Assembly: GCA_951406725.2 (NCBI GenBank)
Contig: OX597816.1
Span: forward strand, 78,306,001-78,370,000
DNA from: Octopus vulgaris
Taxonomy: Eukaryota
Reading direction: 5' to 3'
Length of the DNA: 64,000 bases
Shown: in pieces, positions 13,580 through 25,974 of the stretch
Numbering within the stretch: the stretch's first letter is position 1
Layout: each line of letters opens with the position of its first letter
The notes under the pieces: model-generated
The model's input: only the letters and a program-made list of their open reading frames with translations
The model's database searches: none
What the model was told of the DNA's origin: nothing
Made by a program: the position numbers and the translations under genes

Positions 13580-13980
13580 TCATGTATTGGCACTCATGAA
13601 ACATGAATTTATCCATTGTCACTCTGTAACTTCTGACAAAATAACTTCTAAAATACAAAATTTTGTCAAAAACATTAAGAGTAAACTCTGTTCTATGTGA
13701 CACATTCTACCAGTATCAGAAGTTTGAAAGTGTTTAGTTAAAAAAAATTAATTAAATAATCTGTATGTCTAATTGAATAGATCTGAAATGGATTAAAGGC
13801 AAAGTCAACCTTGGTGGAATTTGACTCAGAACGTAAAGACAGACGAAATACTGCTTCTAAAATGCAAAATTTTGTCAAAAACATTAACAATAAACCGTGT
13901 TCTATGTGACATATTCTACCAGTATCGGAAGTTTGAAAGTGTTTAGTTAAAAAAATTTTATTAAATAATCTGTACATCAA
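13580..13980 (+). repeat. Tandemly duplicated (~120 bp) terminal arm of a MITE-like family
   Basis: 13645-13765 resembles 13853-13975 (CTTCTAAAAT.CAAAATTTTGTCAAAAACATTAA..GTTAAAAAAA). Same family as the arms at 25107-25365, 26650-26730 and 27061-27258. Confidence 0.75.
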
Positions 13981-16945
13981 AGTTGATCTCGGCAAAATTT
14001 GAACTCAAAAACATAAATACAGATGAAATACCATTAAGCATTTCTGCCAGCTTGCTACCTTAGAAAGTAAACATTCATTTTAGAAATATATTCTTTATTC
14101 TTATTGCTGCAGCATTACTCCCTTACTTACTGACATGAAATTTCGTAACATTTTACCTCATAACTATTTTTCTACTAATTTTTGTTCAATGCGACTAGTG
14201 ATTCTGAATTCCACATGCATTTTTCTATCATTTAAGCCCAAGAAAGGTATACTTTTAATTTAAAATTTTAAAATTTATGTTAATTGAAGATGCATATCTG
14301 CCTTACTGCCCCCCTTGAAGTCGCAGATATTTTGTTGTAACACTTTTCTACTGAACTAAATCTCAAACTATTTATGCCAAAGTATAGCTGAGGAGGTGTC
14401 CTCTTTAAAACTATTAACAGTTTGCAATTTAGTTGAGAACTGAATTAGTGGTGAAGCTTGGAAGCTGCTGCGATTGACGAAATGGTGGACTTGAGAATAT
14501 ATTCAACCACTGTAGTGGTTGAATGATTCTACTTAGAGCATACAAATAACTTAGCTTAAACAAGCCTATCTTTTTTGTTTTACATTTGTTTGATTGTGGA
14601 ATAAATTTTATTAAATCAAGTAACATTGCAGTCAGGCTAATCTTTTTTTTTATTGCTAAACATTGAATTGAAATAGGAGTGAAAAACTGTTTCATTAGGT
14701 AAACACACATGTTTTATCTAGATAGACAAGTTGTATGTGGTATGTACACTGTAATCAAATTCTCAGTGATTCAGCACATTTACATCAGCAATTACTTTGG
14801 GATATTTAACAAATACGCTTGATATGACTATGCTTTTTGTTTCGCTTAGTCTTTACATAGGTTTACATTCATACACATAAACACATACACACACACACTT
14901 GCATACACTAAATTTTAACTTAGTAAAAATACTGACTTACATCTATATAGTTTTGTATTTCTCGCCATGTGTCTGTAATAAGAACAAAGGTGACAGTTAA
15001 AGAATAGCATAAAATAATCGAATAAAAAATTGTTTAACTACAGAAGAGTATTGTTATGTTGAGTGTCCCGAATGAATGAATGGATAATGCTGTCAAAATG
15101 TCTCCTAACTCATGACTCATTTGCTAATGCTGTACTTGCATCTATGCATTTTGTTAGATTTTAGTAAGGGCTTGAAATCAACTCATGCACATAACCTTCA
15201 AAAAGGTATGCATATTCATGCAGAGAGACATTAAGTAGTGTCTGTTGTTGTAATACCTGGGATAAGATCCAGGTATGTTACAACTATGTTATACTTTCAA
15301 ATGAACATATTTACAGCCTCCTGAGGAGGCTACTGTGAGCTAATTCTTGTATTCAGTTTCTTTGTGAAGCATATGGAAGAGAATTCCATATGCTTACATT
15401 GAGGTGTCACCTCCACTAATTAGCCATTTCTGTAGTTTATAGTGATAGCCATCTGATCAAAGTAAAATATATAGATTGTTCAGAAACACAATAGAATTCT
15501 TGCACAGGATTTGAACTTACAAACAAAGTGTCAGTAGCTATTGTTTGCATAACTGAAAATTAATGAATGAACATAATCTACAGATAAGATAACCCAAGTT
15601 TTAGTTTTTGTATAACAGATTAATTAATGTTCCATTTGAAAAGATAAAGGTATGTTTTCAGAGTGACAACCTGAAAATCTACAAAGGAGTTCTAGATGAT
15701 AGTTCTTTGAGAGAAATGTGATCAAACTACATAGTATGCATTCTGCAGAGTTATTACAGGTTGTATATCAATACTACAAGGGTATTTAAGTTGACTCCAG
15801 TAAAAATAGAAATTTGCATTCTATGAAACTTATTAAGTTGCCGTCAATTTATTTGCCTTATCATTTAGCTCCATGTCAGTACTGACAGAGCAAATGCACA
15901 TCATATGTAAGGTTTTTCTAAGTTTTATTCAGACATAGTGTACCAAGGACTACATCATCCAATGTATTCTTCCTTTTCTAAGAGAGTGGAGAGGTTTGAT
16001 CACTAAACATGCTCACATGATTGTTGTAAATCATGTGAGCATGTAGCAGCTTAATGATATGGTCTGCTTAAACACTGGATGATGGGTCATCAGCTATGGG
16101 ATTGTTTACTAACATTATGAATTCATTATACCATATTAGGTTTGCACTGGCAACACTACAATAGAAAAAATCCCTACAAAACTGAATCTGTTACTGGACA
16201 ATTAGAAACTTCCCTTGATGCAATGATGTACTCTGCTGGAAACATAATAATTTCTCTCCATATGCATAATGAATTATAGAATCTAGTGATTTGATTATCT
16301 CAGTGAAGGATCTGGTTCATGTTTTATGAGGGTATACCCCAACACAAGCAGGTTTGTAGGACACATATCTTGAGACCAGCCCTCCTTTGAGTCGTCCTGA
16401 TATGCTTTAGTCATAGAATAAGTTTTTGCTATTTGGTCCATAACTAGAACCTTTGACAAAGCCAGAATTGACTGAGAAATAGTGGTGACAAAAGGGGTAA
16501 CTCCATACTTCCCCAAACTCCTAAATACCCTAACTGGAGTGTCACCACCAGATGCAGTTTGATGCTTTGACAGGATCTAAGTCTTACTGAAATGATTAGG
16601 ACTGGTAGTTTGAAGTTAAGTTCTAAAGAAGTTTCCATTTTTATTTTTCTAGGGATCATAAATAGATTCAATCTTAGTACTTGTTACAACAGTAAATAAT
16701 CATTTTTTGGTATACAGCTTGGTTGACCGGGCTTTTGAGATACTTGAAATGTCTTGGCCATGGTGCTAGAAAGAGAATATAAACGTACCGATACTTTCAT
16801 TGAAAATAAGGTGCTCAATTGAAATCTCTGTCTCTTGGAAATGGAAGTGTAACAGGATAAAACATGCAAAATATTATTTTATGATTTGGAAGCCTGTCAT
16901 ATTTGTATATGAAGAACCTGTTAAATGTATGTTATTCCCTATCCC

Positions 16946-16976
<31 letters not shown>

Positions 16977-16992
16977 TGTATGTATGTATGTA

Positions 16993-17027
<35 letters not shown>

Positions 17028-17107
17028 ATACATGCATGTATGTATGTATGTACATATATATATATGAGGGGTGGTAACATATATATATATATATATATAT
17101 TGATATA

Positions 17108-18365
17108 TTGGGTCGTCCCATAAATAAAGTAGTTCTTTTATACTTTTATTTTTCAAAATTAAGATAACAAAGTTCTTTCTTTTACTCTAGAATATACTCC
17201 CTTTCATTTTCTACAATGCTCTTCCATCTATCTTGTAGACTTGCAAGGCCCCCTGTTCCAAAATTCACTTGTCTTTGATGAAAAATACTCCTCCAGTACT
17301 GTTCTGACGTTATCTACAGAGTTCATATTTTTTCCATCCAAATGATTTTGAAGACTGTGGAATAATAATCAGATGGGATAATGTCCAGCAAATATGGTGG
17401 GTGGGACATTGATTCCCATTCAAACTACTCCAGCCTTTGGAATGTCATCCTCGCTGTAGGCAGTCGAGCATTATCCAGATAGAACACCTTTTGTCCTGAA
17501 ACCAAAAATGGTCATTTTTCTTCTAATGCTGACTTAAGCTGTTCAAGCTGTCCACACTAGATCTCTCTTGTTATCGTTTGGTTTGCTTTTAAAAGTTCAA
17601 AGTAGACTAAACCTTTCATATCCCACCAAACAGATAACACCTTACATGAGTGAAAACCTTCTTTAGCCTGGAGTGCCGGTGTTTCTCCCCTCCCTACCCA
17701 CTGTCTTTGGTGCTTGACACTTTTATAGAGAACCCATTTTTTGTCAAAAGTCATTATTCGATCCAAAAGAGGTTCATTCATGAGATGTGACAGCAAAGAA
17801 GAGCATACATTCACCCTCTGCATGCAATTAGACTCGGAAAGTTTGTGAGGAACCCATTGTCCCAGTTTGCTGACTTTTCTGATGGCCAAAGGTATCGATG
17901 AATTGTTGAATGACCAAATCCAAGATTTTCTGCTAGTTCCTCAACTGTTATGATGAGATTTTCTTCCATTAGGCTTTGCAGGATATCCTTGTCGAGATTT
18001 ACAGATCTTCCAAGATGATGCTTGTCTTCTAGGCTGTAGTTTCCAGCTCAGAATTTCTGGAACCATGTTGACACTGGCTTATCCTTATTGCTCTGTCCCT
18101 ATATACTGCATTAATATTCCTCATACTTTCCATTGTGTTGTTGTCTTTATTGAACCCATAAAGTAAAATATGCCAAATATGCTCCTTTGTCACTTCCATT
18201 ATTGCTTTGAAAAAATAACTGTTAAAATCAAACTGCACTGTTCAAACCTTGCAATAAGAATAAGTACAAGGTAAAATTATTATCTGCTTTTATAGCAAGT
18301 TGATGCAGGTAGTTTATCCTGTCCCTCACGCAATTGAAAAAAAACAGCATTATATATGGGATGTC

Positions 18366-18369
<4 letters not shown>
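17108..18369 (-). mobile_element. Full-length mariner element (~1.26 kb) inserted in a (TA)n tract
   Basis: Imperfect ~30 bp TIRs TTGGGTCGTCCCATAAATAA / TTATATATGGGATGTCCCAA, TA on both flanks, transposase remnant inside. Confidence 0.93.
17182..18199 (-). pseudogene. Mariner DD34D transposase, disrupted
   Basis: MEVTKEHIWHILLY start, WVPHKL, MTFDKKWVLY, DNARL, PPYLLDIIPSDYY (decayed YSPDLAPSDY), EYILE-stop. Several frameshifts. Confidence 0.9.
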
Positions 18370-18413
<44 letters not shown>

Positions 18414-18420
<7 letters not shown>

Positions 18421-19180
18421 TAAGAAATGGAGTCAAATGCAGGTGTTATTCAAATCTTTATCACTTCCAATATATGTTTCGAAGAAAACATTCATATTAT
18501 TCCAGAGGGAATAAAATGATGTAAAACAATGCAATCATCTCGCCAGGGAAAAAAGAGAAACAAAGCTCATCAATAAGCCATTTTAACCGAATGTGATTAC
18601 CGTGTATATGATGAAGGGGAATGCTGGCAAATTATTCTTTAAAAAACCATTAATAGATTTAACATCAAAGGCAATTTAGGGAAAGAAAGAAATTAACAGA
18701 AAATAGAGAGTGGAGAGAAATATAGTGTGATAGATGAATGGGAATAAAGCTTAAAAGTGTGAAATGAAATGTAAGAAGACAGTTAAAGGTAAAATTTTAT
18801 AGACTGGTAGAAATTACTTATAGGAACTAAATGTATGTTTTTACCAATATTTGCAGCAATAAGTGCATTCTTTAAAGGTGTTTACAAGAGAATTCTCAGA
18901 GAACAGAATGAGAAATTGTTCTTTGTTACAGCGTGGACAAAAAGATTTGCTTTTATCATATGGGAAGGAATTCCACCGCGATCTAGATCCAAATCAAATT
19001 CTTATCTATAGCTTCATGAATCTGGCAAGGGAGGTTGGATTTGATCTGCTTATCATATGGAATTATCAACCAAACAGTTTTACTAGGACACACCTTGTTA
19101 TTAGGGTAGTTATCTTTGAAAGTCCTAGGCTTATTTTTATTACATATAAAGAGACATAAAAAATGGTTATATCCCTTACA
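18414..19180 (-). mobile_element. Penelope-like element (Naiad-type) 3' portion, left copy of an inverted pair
   Basis: Reverse complement of 19900-20090 plus 20540-21135. Lacks about 450 bp present in the right copy. Confidence 0.88.
18465..18550 (-). ncRNA. Degenerate minimal type I hammerhead ribozyme, inverted copy
   Basis: Minus strand TTCC-CTGGCGA-stem II-CGAAAC ATAT ATT-GGAA. Its mutations differ from those in the right copy. Confidence 0.6.
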
Positions 19181-19899
19181 CTAATTAATAATTAATAATT
19201 TCTTGATTAATATTAATAGTAACAACAACAACAATAATAATAATAATGATAGTAGTAGTAGTAGTAGTATTAGTAGTAGTAGTAGTATATCAAAATGATG
19301 GTATTGATGATGATAGTAATGAAGCTAATGTTGAAAGAGATGGTGATGGTTATGATGATGATGAGGAGGAGGATAATGGTATGGGATTATGATGAAGAAA
19401 ATTATCATGATGACAGCTACTACTGCGTTTGCTATAAATATTGTCGTTGCTGTTTTTGTTGACAATGATGGTGATGATGACAATAGTGATGATGAGAATG
19501 ATGGTGATGATGGTTTGATAGTCTAGATAGCGATGATAGTAAGGGGAAGAACAAAGGTATTGTTTGCCCCAACAATAACAACAACTACAACAACATCACT
19601 AACTAAACAACAGCAGTAACTAAATGAAAAGTGCCAGCAGGAATGATAATATTGTTATTGTAATTGGAAAGATGGAGAAAGATAATGATAACGTTGAGGA
19701 CGACATTGATTATGGTGACTAAGTCATTGAAGAAGGAAGAAATTGATAATGAGAATCATTATCATAGCTGTCATTTACATCAACTGGAACAACAACAATT
19801 GCAACTACCACAACCACAACCACCTTAACGTCAGCCTCCAACCATCACTACCACCACCACAACTACTACCACTATCCATTATGGACACACCACCACCAC

Positions 19900-21240
19900 A
19901 GCATAAAGGAAATAACCGTTCTTTATGTCCCTTTATATGTAATAAAAATAAGTCTAGGACTTTTAAAGGTAATTACTCTAATAACAAGGTGTGTCCTAGT
20001 AAAACTGTTTGGTTGATAACTCCTTATGATAAGCAGATCAAATCCAACCTCCCTTACCAGTTTCATGAAGATATAGATGAGAATTTCACCAAAAATTCAA
20101 GATACCATTCCATTATTGGTTCACACCGAATTAGAATAGGGTTTTCAACTACCAAAAACCTTTAAAAAATCATCTCCTTGCATAATAATAAGTTGTTAAA
20201 TACAAATTCAATTAATGAAAATAATAATATTGATATTATTAGCACTAACCATTCTTTGAACAATAATAACAGCAATATTAATATTTCTGATATAAATTCA
20301 AATCGTATTCATTTCCTTAGCAGTAATTCTAAGGCTAGAAACTCTGTTTATCAATAAAAATTACTTCCAGTTCTGATTCTTTTTTTTACATATGTAATTC
20401 ATCATCTGAGTTGTCAAAAAGAATATCTAACCATTACTCTACATTTAGACATATCAATAAATGCAACAACACTGGGCTTAGTAAATTAATTTGGTCTCTA
20501 AAGGAACATAATAAACAATTTAATTTGGAATAGAATATTCTATCTAGATCCTTCCCATATGATAAAGGTAAATCTTTTTGTCTGCTCTGTAACAAAGAAC
20601 AATTTCTCACCCTGTTCTCTGAGAATTCTTTTGTAAACATGTTTAAAGAATATGTTCATTGTTGCAAACATTGGTAAAAACATACCTTTAGTTCCTATAA
20701 ATAATTTCTGCCAATCTATAAAATTTTACCTTTAACTGTCTTCTTACATTTCATTTCCACTACATATATCTATTTTCACACTTTTAAGCTTTATTCCCAT
20801 TCATCTATCACACTATATTTCTCTCTTAATTTTCTATTAATTTCTTTCTTTCTCCTCCTTCTCTTCCTCTAAATTGCCTTTGACGTTAAATCTATTAAAG
20901 GTTTTTTAAAAAATAATTTGCCAGCGTTCCCCTTCATCATATACACAGTAATCACATTCAGTTAAGATGGCTTATTGATATGTTTTGTTTCTCTTTTTTT
21001 TCCTGACGTGATGATTACATTGTTTTACATCATTTTATTCCCTCCGGAATGATATCAACGTTTTCTTTGAAACTTATGTCGGAAGTATAAAGCTTTGAAT
21101 AACACTTGCATTTGACTCCATTTCTTAATTTATTTATGTCATACAAAAACATTTCACTTAACCCTGGAATTTCTACCTTTATAAGTAGGCTGTAATATCC
21201 TTGGCACTTAAGTGAAGTTTTGCTACTCTGGTAACTGTTT
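19900..21240 (+). mobile_element. Penelope-like element (Naiad-type): linker, GIY-YIG endonuclease remnant and 3' UTR
   Basis: TVWLITPYDKQIKSNL..ENFTKNSRYHSII..IGFSTTKNL linker; NSVYQ..FYICNSS..KRISNHYSTFRH..GLSKLIWSLKE..YDKGKSFCLLCNKEQ..CCKH. The CxxC and CxH motifs in GIY-YIG fit the Naiad clade. Confidence 0.88.
20999..21084 (+). ncRNA. Degenerate minimal type I hammerhead ribozyme in the PLE 3' end
   Basis: TTTC-CTGACG(T)-~60 nt stem II-GAAAC TTAT GTC-GGAA. Core A9 is mutated to T in this copy. Confidence 0.65.
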
Positions 21241-21280
21241 ATTTACTTTTTTAATGTTATTTGTACACATTGAAAAATTC

Positions 21281-21313
<33 letters not shown>

Positions 21314-21349
21314 TGTATGTATGTATGTATGTATGTATGCATCCATGTA

Positions 21350-21545
21350 TGCATGCATGCTACTGGTAACATGTAACCCAGTACAACCTGTTGCATGGTC
21401 GGGTCGTCGGCGACTAAACTGGCAACCCCACCGAGGAGGGTGTTTATTGGACACCCTGCGGGATGAAAAACAAAACCCGTCAAAGGGCGGAGGAACTCTT
21501 GAGAGTCAACAGCCACTCAATAAATTCACTCCATGCAAGCACTGG
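21350..21545 (+). mobile_element. Isolated 5' UTR of an R4/Dong-like non-LTR element
   Basis: Aligns by eye to the reverse complement of 61370-61540, the 5' end of the Dong-like element at 59416-61545 (GGCAACCC..AAAAACAAAA.CC.GT.AAAGGG.GGA.GA.CTC..AGAGTCAACAGCCA). Confidence 0.65.
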
Positions 21546-21685
21546 GGAAAAATAACATGCAAAGTAATAAAAGCAAATCAGTACATACTTCTTTTTTTCT
21601 TATTTCGTCGGAATCTCATATGTGGTTTCTGTAAAAAAAAAAGAAGTTATATTAGTAAGGTGCACTTAATATTCCTTTACTGGCT

Positions 21686-21887
21686 AAGGTGACAAGCTGG
21701 TACAATTGTTAGCATGCCAAGTAAAATACTTAACAGCATGTTCTGAGTTCAAATTCTGTTGAGATTGTCTTAGCTTTTTATCCTTTCAGAGTCAACAAAA
21801 TAAGTTCCAGTTGAGTACTGGGGTTGATTTAATTGAAATACCTGCTTCCCCAAAATTGTTGGCCTTGAGCTAGAATTTGAAACCAAT
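21686..21887 (+). mobile_element. SINE family B
   Basis: AAGGTGACAAGCTGG..GAGTTCAAATTC..AATTTGAAACCAAT. Confidence 0.75.
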
Positions 21888-22581
21888 AATTTTTTTTCTA
21901 GTCACAGTCATTAGATTCATGCTGATTGATGTTTCAATTCCATCTTCAAGGATCTTATTCAATCTTATCATCCCTGGTGTCTATTCTATTGATTTATTTT
22001 GATTGGCTAAATTATCTTTTGATGTAAAAGAATGCAGCTTATCACTTGTGTATCCAACTACAAATATGCATATTGTCTACTAAATTCCACTCATAAAGAA
22101 TTGATCAACTATAACAAAAGGTTTTGAAAATAAAGTCATCTTTCATTACTACTATATATCCATTTATCAATGAAAATAATTTGGATTTTGGGCTTATAGC
22201 CATAATGTTGTGGGTTCAATTCTTCTACCAGGTAATGCATTGTATCCTCGAGCATAGCACATCATTTCATGTTGCTCCAGTCTACTTAGTAGAAAATGGG
22301 TACCATCCTAGTGCTGGTGCAGCACTCTTTCCTCTAGCTGTCACACCCTTGATGTTCTGTAGAACAAAGGTGAGGAAAGACGAGAGCCAATATATGCTTG
22401 CTTGCAACTGCACAGGTATCTAAAATAGTAAAAGCATGGTACTAGCTTCTATACTTACTTATGAGTGAAGGCTAAGCATATATATTAATGGCATATCAAA
22501 AGGAATGGATGGAAGAAATATGAGCATGTATAACTAACATTAGAGAAATTGTTTTTGCTGCTAGATGATATTCATTACATA

Positions 22582-23136
22582 CGAGTAAAATGCCCCCATC
22601 CAATGGACGGTGCTGTGTTGTCAAACATTTAAACCAAATTTTCTCAAAACAACATGTCCGACCGTCCCATAGGCCCCCCCTTTGAGAAACACTGATTTAA
22701 CTTAAATTTGAGACACCAGCAAAAGAAGAAATAATGATAGACTTTTTTCTATTCCAAAGAAAAACGATTTTATTCCACACAAATATGCAACCGAAGAGTT
22801 TAAAGTACCAGTAATGATAAGGCTGTTGACTGGGAGAACACAAACGTAGTTTAAACAGTAAGCTTGGCAGGAAAGAAAGATGCCTTTAAGTAGTACAAAA
22901 ACAACAAAAAATGGAAGGTGCAGTTATGTACAGGTTGACGGAAGAAAAGCAGGACAAAAACGGCTTTATCGATCACATTCTCACCTGAAATCGATTTTTG
23001 TAACTTTTTCAAGACTTATACATGCCCTGATACCGTCGGTATCTACATATCAAATTTGAGCGCAATCGGATGGAGGATGCCTGAGATTCGAGAAGACACA
23101 CACACAGACAGACAGAACGGATTTTATATAAGAGAT
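22582..23136 (-). mobile_element. Non-autonomous Helitron-like element (Lep1-type layout)
   Basis: CAAATTTGAGCGCAATCGG..(CAGA)n..TTTTATATAAGAGAT at one end; short hairpin CCATCCAATGGACGG about 12 bp from the other. Confidence 0.5.
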
Positions 23137-24079
23137 GAAGAAAGAGTGGAAGCTAATGTCATTTAAGTAAATCGAAACAAGCACTGTAATAAGTATACCT
23201 TGCTGAGAGAGATGACAATGCAATGGCTCTGGTATAGTGATTTGTACTCATGAACATATAACTGGTCATCCTGTACCTAAACCTCACAGGTAAGGTGTGT
23301 ATTGTGTAGCTTCAGATCAACTCTGATCAGGCTCTAGAAATAGCTATCAAAACTCATTTAAAGTTTACACTACCATCTTATAAAGAAATACCTCTACTGG
23401 ATAACTGAGTCATAGGCTTTTGTTTTGAATCATGCGAATATATTTTAAAATATATTAATTAGCAGGATACCCTTCTTTATATTTTTGAAACTGTTTGAAA
23501 TACCTAAAAGTCAGTGAATCAATTAACAAAGTTTAATCAAATGCTTGAAATTTCTTGTCATGTGGTGGGATGAAACAATAATTTTTTTGTAACAGTATCT
23601 ACAAACTAGTTTTATTTTCTCTTTAAAGTCATGATACTTATGTACTTTGAAAAGACCTACCTCACAACTTCCTTTTCATATCTATATAAAAAATAGTTTA
23701 TTTACATCTTATCTTCTTAGTTATAAGACAATTACCATCTCTCACTTGACCTGTCTTTCTTATATTCCAGAATATATAAAAGAGCCTTTTTTTAAAATTA
23801 TAATCCTATGATAGGCATAGACAAGATTCTGTGAAGTTTGCTTCCCTATCATGTTTTTAGAGTTTAGCGAAATTTTCCAATCCTGCCCACATAAAAAGCA
23901 ATATGTGCTTGGATAATAGAGTAAGAACTTCCTCCACTATCAGTATTTCTCATCAATACATTATATACTTCTTTCAAAATTCTTATTTTATTTTTTTCAG
24001 GCATTCACTTGTGTAGTTTGCACTATGTATAATGTTACAGAAAGAAACTTAGCTGCTTCTTGTAATAGATGCATCTAAA

Positions 24080-24205
24080 GCAAATTTTTTTCATGGACCT
24101 CTAAAATACTACTGTGGCTCCCCAATTCATTATTTTGCTTGTGTGGACCTCTAAAAATATTATACTGAACTCTTGGGGTCATATGGACCCTGGTTGAGAA
24201 CCACT
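24080..24205. mobile_element. hAT/Charlie-type MITE end fragment
   Basis: Terminal GGACCCTGGTTGAGAACCACT with repeated subterminal GGACCTC motifs. Confidence 0.5.
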
Positions 24206-24545
24206 ATCTTACATCATGAAAATATTCACTCTTGTGCAAGGGACATCACTCTAGAAGAATTCTCCTCTGAACTCTTCAACACAGGTTTTTTTTATTCTTC
24301 TTTTTCCCCAAACCTACAAGATAGATGATCTCAAGTAGTAGAAAGTTGTTGCCATACTTTTCATACTAGCTCTTCTGGTGAGCAACTAGTATTAGGATTC
24401 CTCCCCAAACTAACGTGCAAAATAGATTGGTAAAATCAGCTGAATTGGATCTGTTAATACTGTATTTTGTGTGAGTGTGTGTGTGTTTATAGTCATGTTT
24501 TGAGTTCTGTTTTTCTTATTTGCATTATATATATATATATATCCC

Positions 24546-24580
<35 letters not shown>

Positions 24581-24730
24581 GTATGTATTTCGTTTTTGGA
24601 TTTGGTTTGCAAGATTCTTTATATGAGTTCATGTGTTGAAGCATATTCTATTGTGTCCGGGGAGAGTCATTTTCTTTTTGTGCCTTATTATTTAACACAC
24701 TCATTATAGGGGTGTCTATTTACTTCTTTC

Positions 24731-24773
<43 letters not shown>

Positions 24774-25399
24774 ATACATTAAAAGTCAGTTTCAATCTTG
24801 CTTGCTTACAATGTTACCCAGCCAAACTGGGCCATTATGGGAAAATACCATGAATTAAGTTTACCCTGAAATGTTAATACGAATGAAATGAAACAAGTTT
24901 CATGTAAATTGGAGCAGTAGTTATTGAAATATTTGGGGTTTGGGTGAATAAATACCCCAAAACAGTGCAAAATGGGAAAATGTAAAGGAACTCTAACCTT
25001 TCGATTAGACTGATTTAACAACAAAAAAATACAATTTGTTTTTTTTACAGTAAATATACATACATACAACCTTTGACAGGGTAACATTCATATATACAAC
25101 GAATCTATTCAATCTCAGTCGCAGATTTTTTAATTAATTTTTTTTAACTAAACGGTTTGAAACTTTGGATGTTGGTTGACTGCCTCACGTAGAACATGGT
25201 TTACTCTTAACGTTTTTGACAAAATTTTGTATTTTAGAAGTTATTTCGTGTTAAAGTTGTCATATTTGGGTAATTTTAACCAATCAATGATGTGTATTCA
25301 GCTGAAGAAAGTTACTGCTGTTTGCGAAAGTAATGGAAATGCAACAACTTCTGGGTCATCAGGTCATCTGTTTTGGATGCTGCATACATATAATATCAT

Positions 25400-25595
25400 A
25401 ATATCTTTACTACCCACAAGGGGCTAAACACAGTGAGGACAAACAAGGACAGACAAACAGATTAAGTCGATTACATCGACCCCAGTGCGTAACTGGTACT
25501 TAATTTATCGACCCCGAAAGGATGAAAGGCAAAGTCGACCTTGGCGGAATTTGAACGGCAGACAAAATACCACTAAGCATTTTGCCCGGCGTGAT
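25400..25595 (-). mobile_element. SINE family B (young, CpGs retained)
   Basis: CTGGTACTTAATTTATCGACCCCGAAAGGATGAAAGGCAAAGTCGACCTTGGCGGAATTTGAAC. Confidence 0.85.
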
Positions 25596-25822
25596 GCTGC
25601 ATAAAATATATGTACATAAATACACAGACACATGTATACATATATATATACACACAGACACACACACCAATAAATACACACATCCATCTCCACACACACA
25701 CATGTAAAACTGATAAAACCCCAAATAGAAGCAAGGAAAAGGAGAGGGTTTAATAAATCAATATGCAGTGGTAGGGGTTTGGTAAATTTATATAAGCTGT
25801 CATTCAGATCGGCAATACACCA

Positions 25823-25874
<52 letters not shown>

Positions 25875-25974
25875 CCCATCCCTCACTCTCTCTCCAATTT
25901 GTCATGTGAAAAATATCAGGCGCAATCACTAAATGAGTTAACTGAAAGCGATTAAAACATAGGCAATCCTTCAT

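Noticed and set aside
15317-15460. Hammerhead starting CCTC-CTGAGGA-GGCTA..TAGCC
   Set aside because: No GAAA-N-UH or stem I partner follows; cannot be supported.
16250-16920. Possible decayed non-LTR coding fragment (also 46000-46420)
   Set aside because: Looks TE-like, but I could not read a diagnostic motif, so it is left unannotated.
20640-21000. SECIS element or selenocysteine codons, as described for some Naiad PLEs
   Set aside because: No convincing AUGA..AA..GA stem by eye, and the visible Cys motifs use normal codons.
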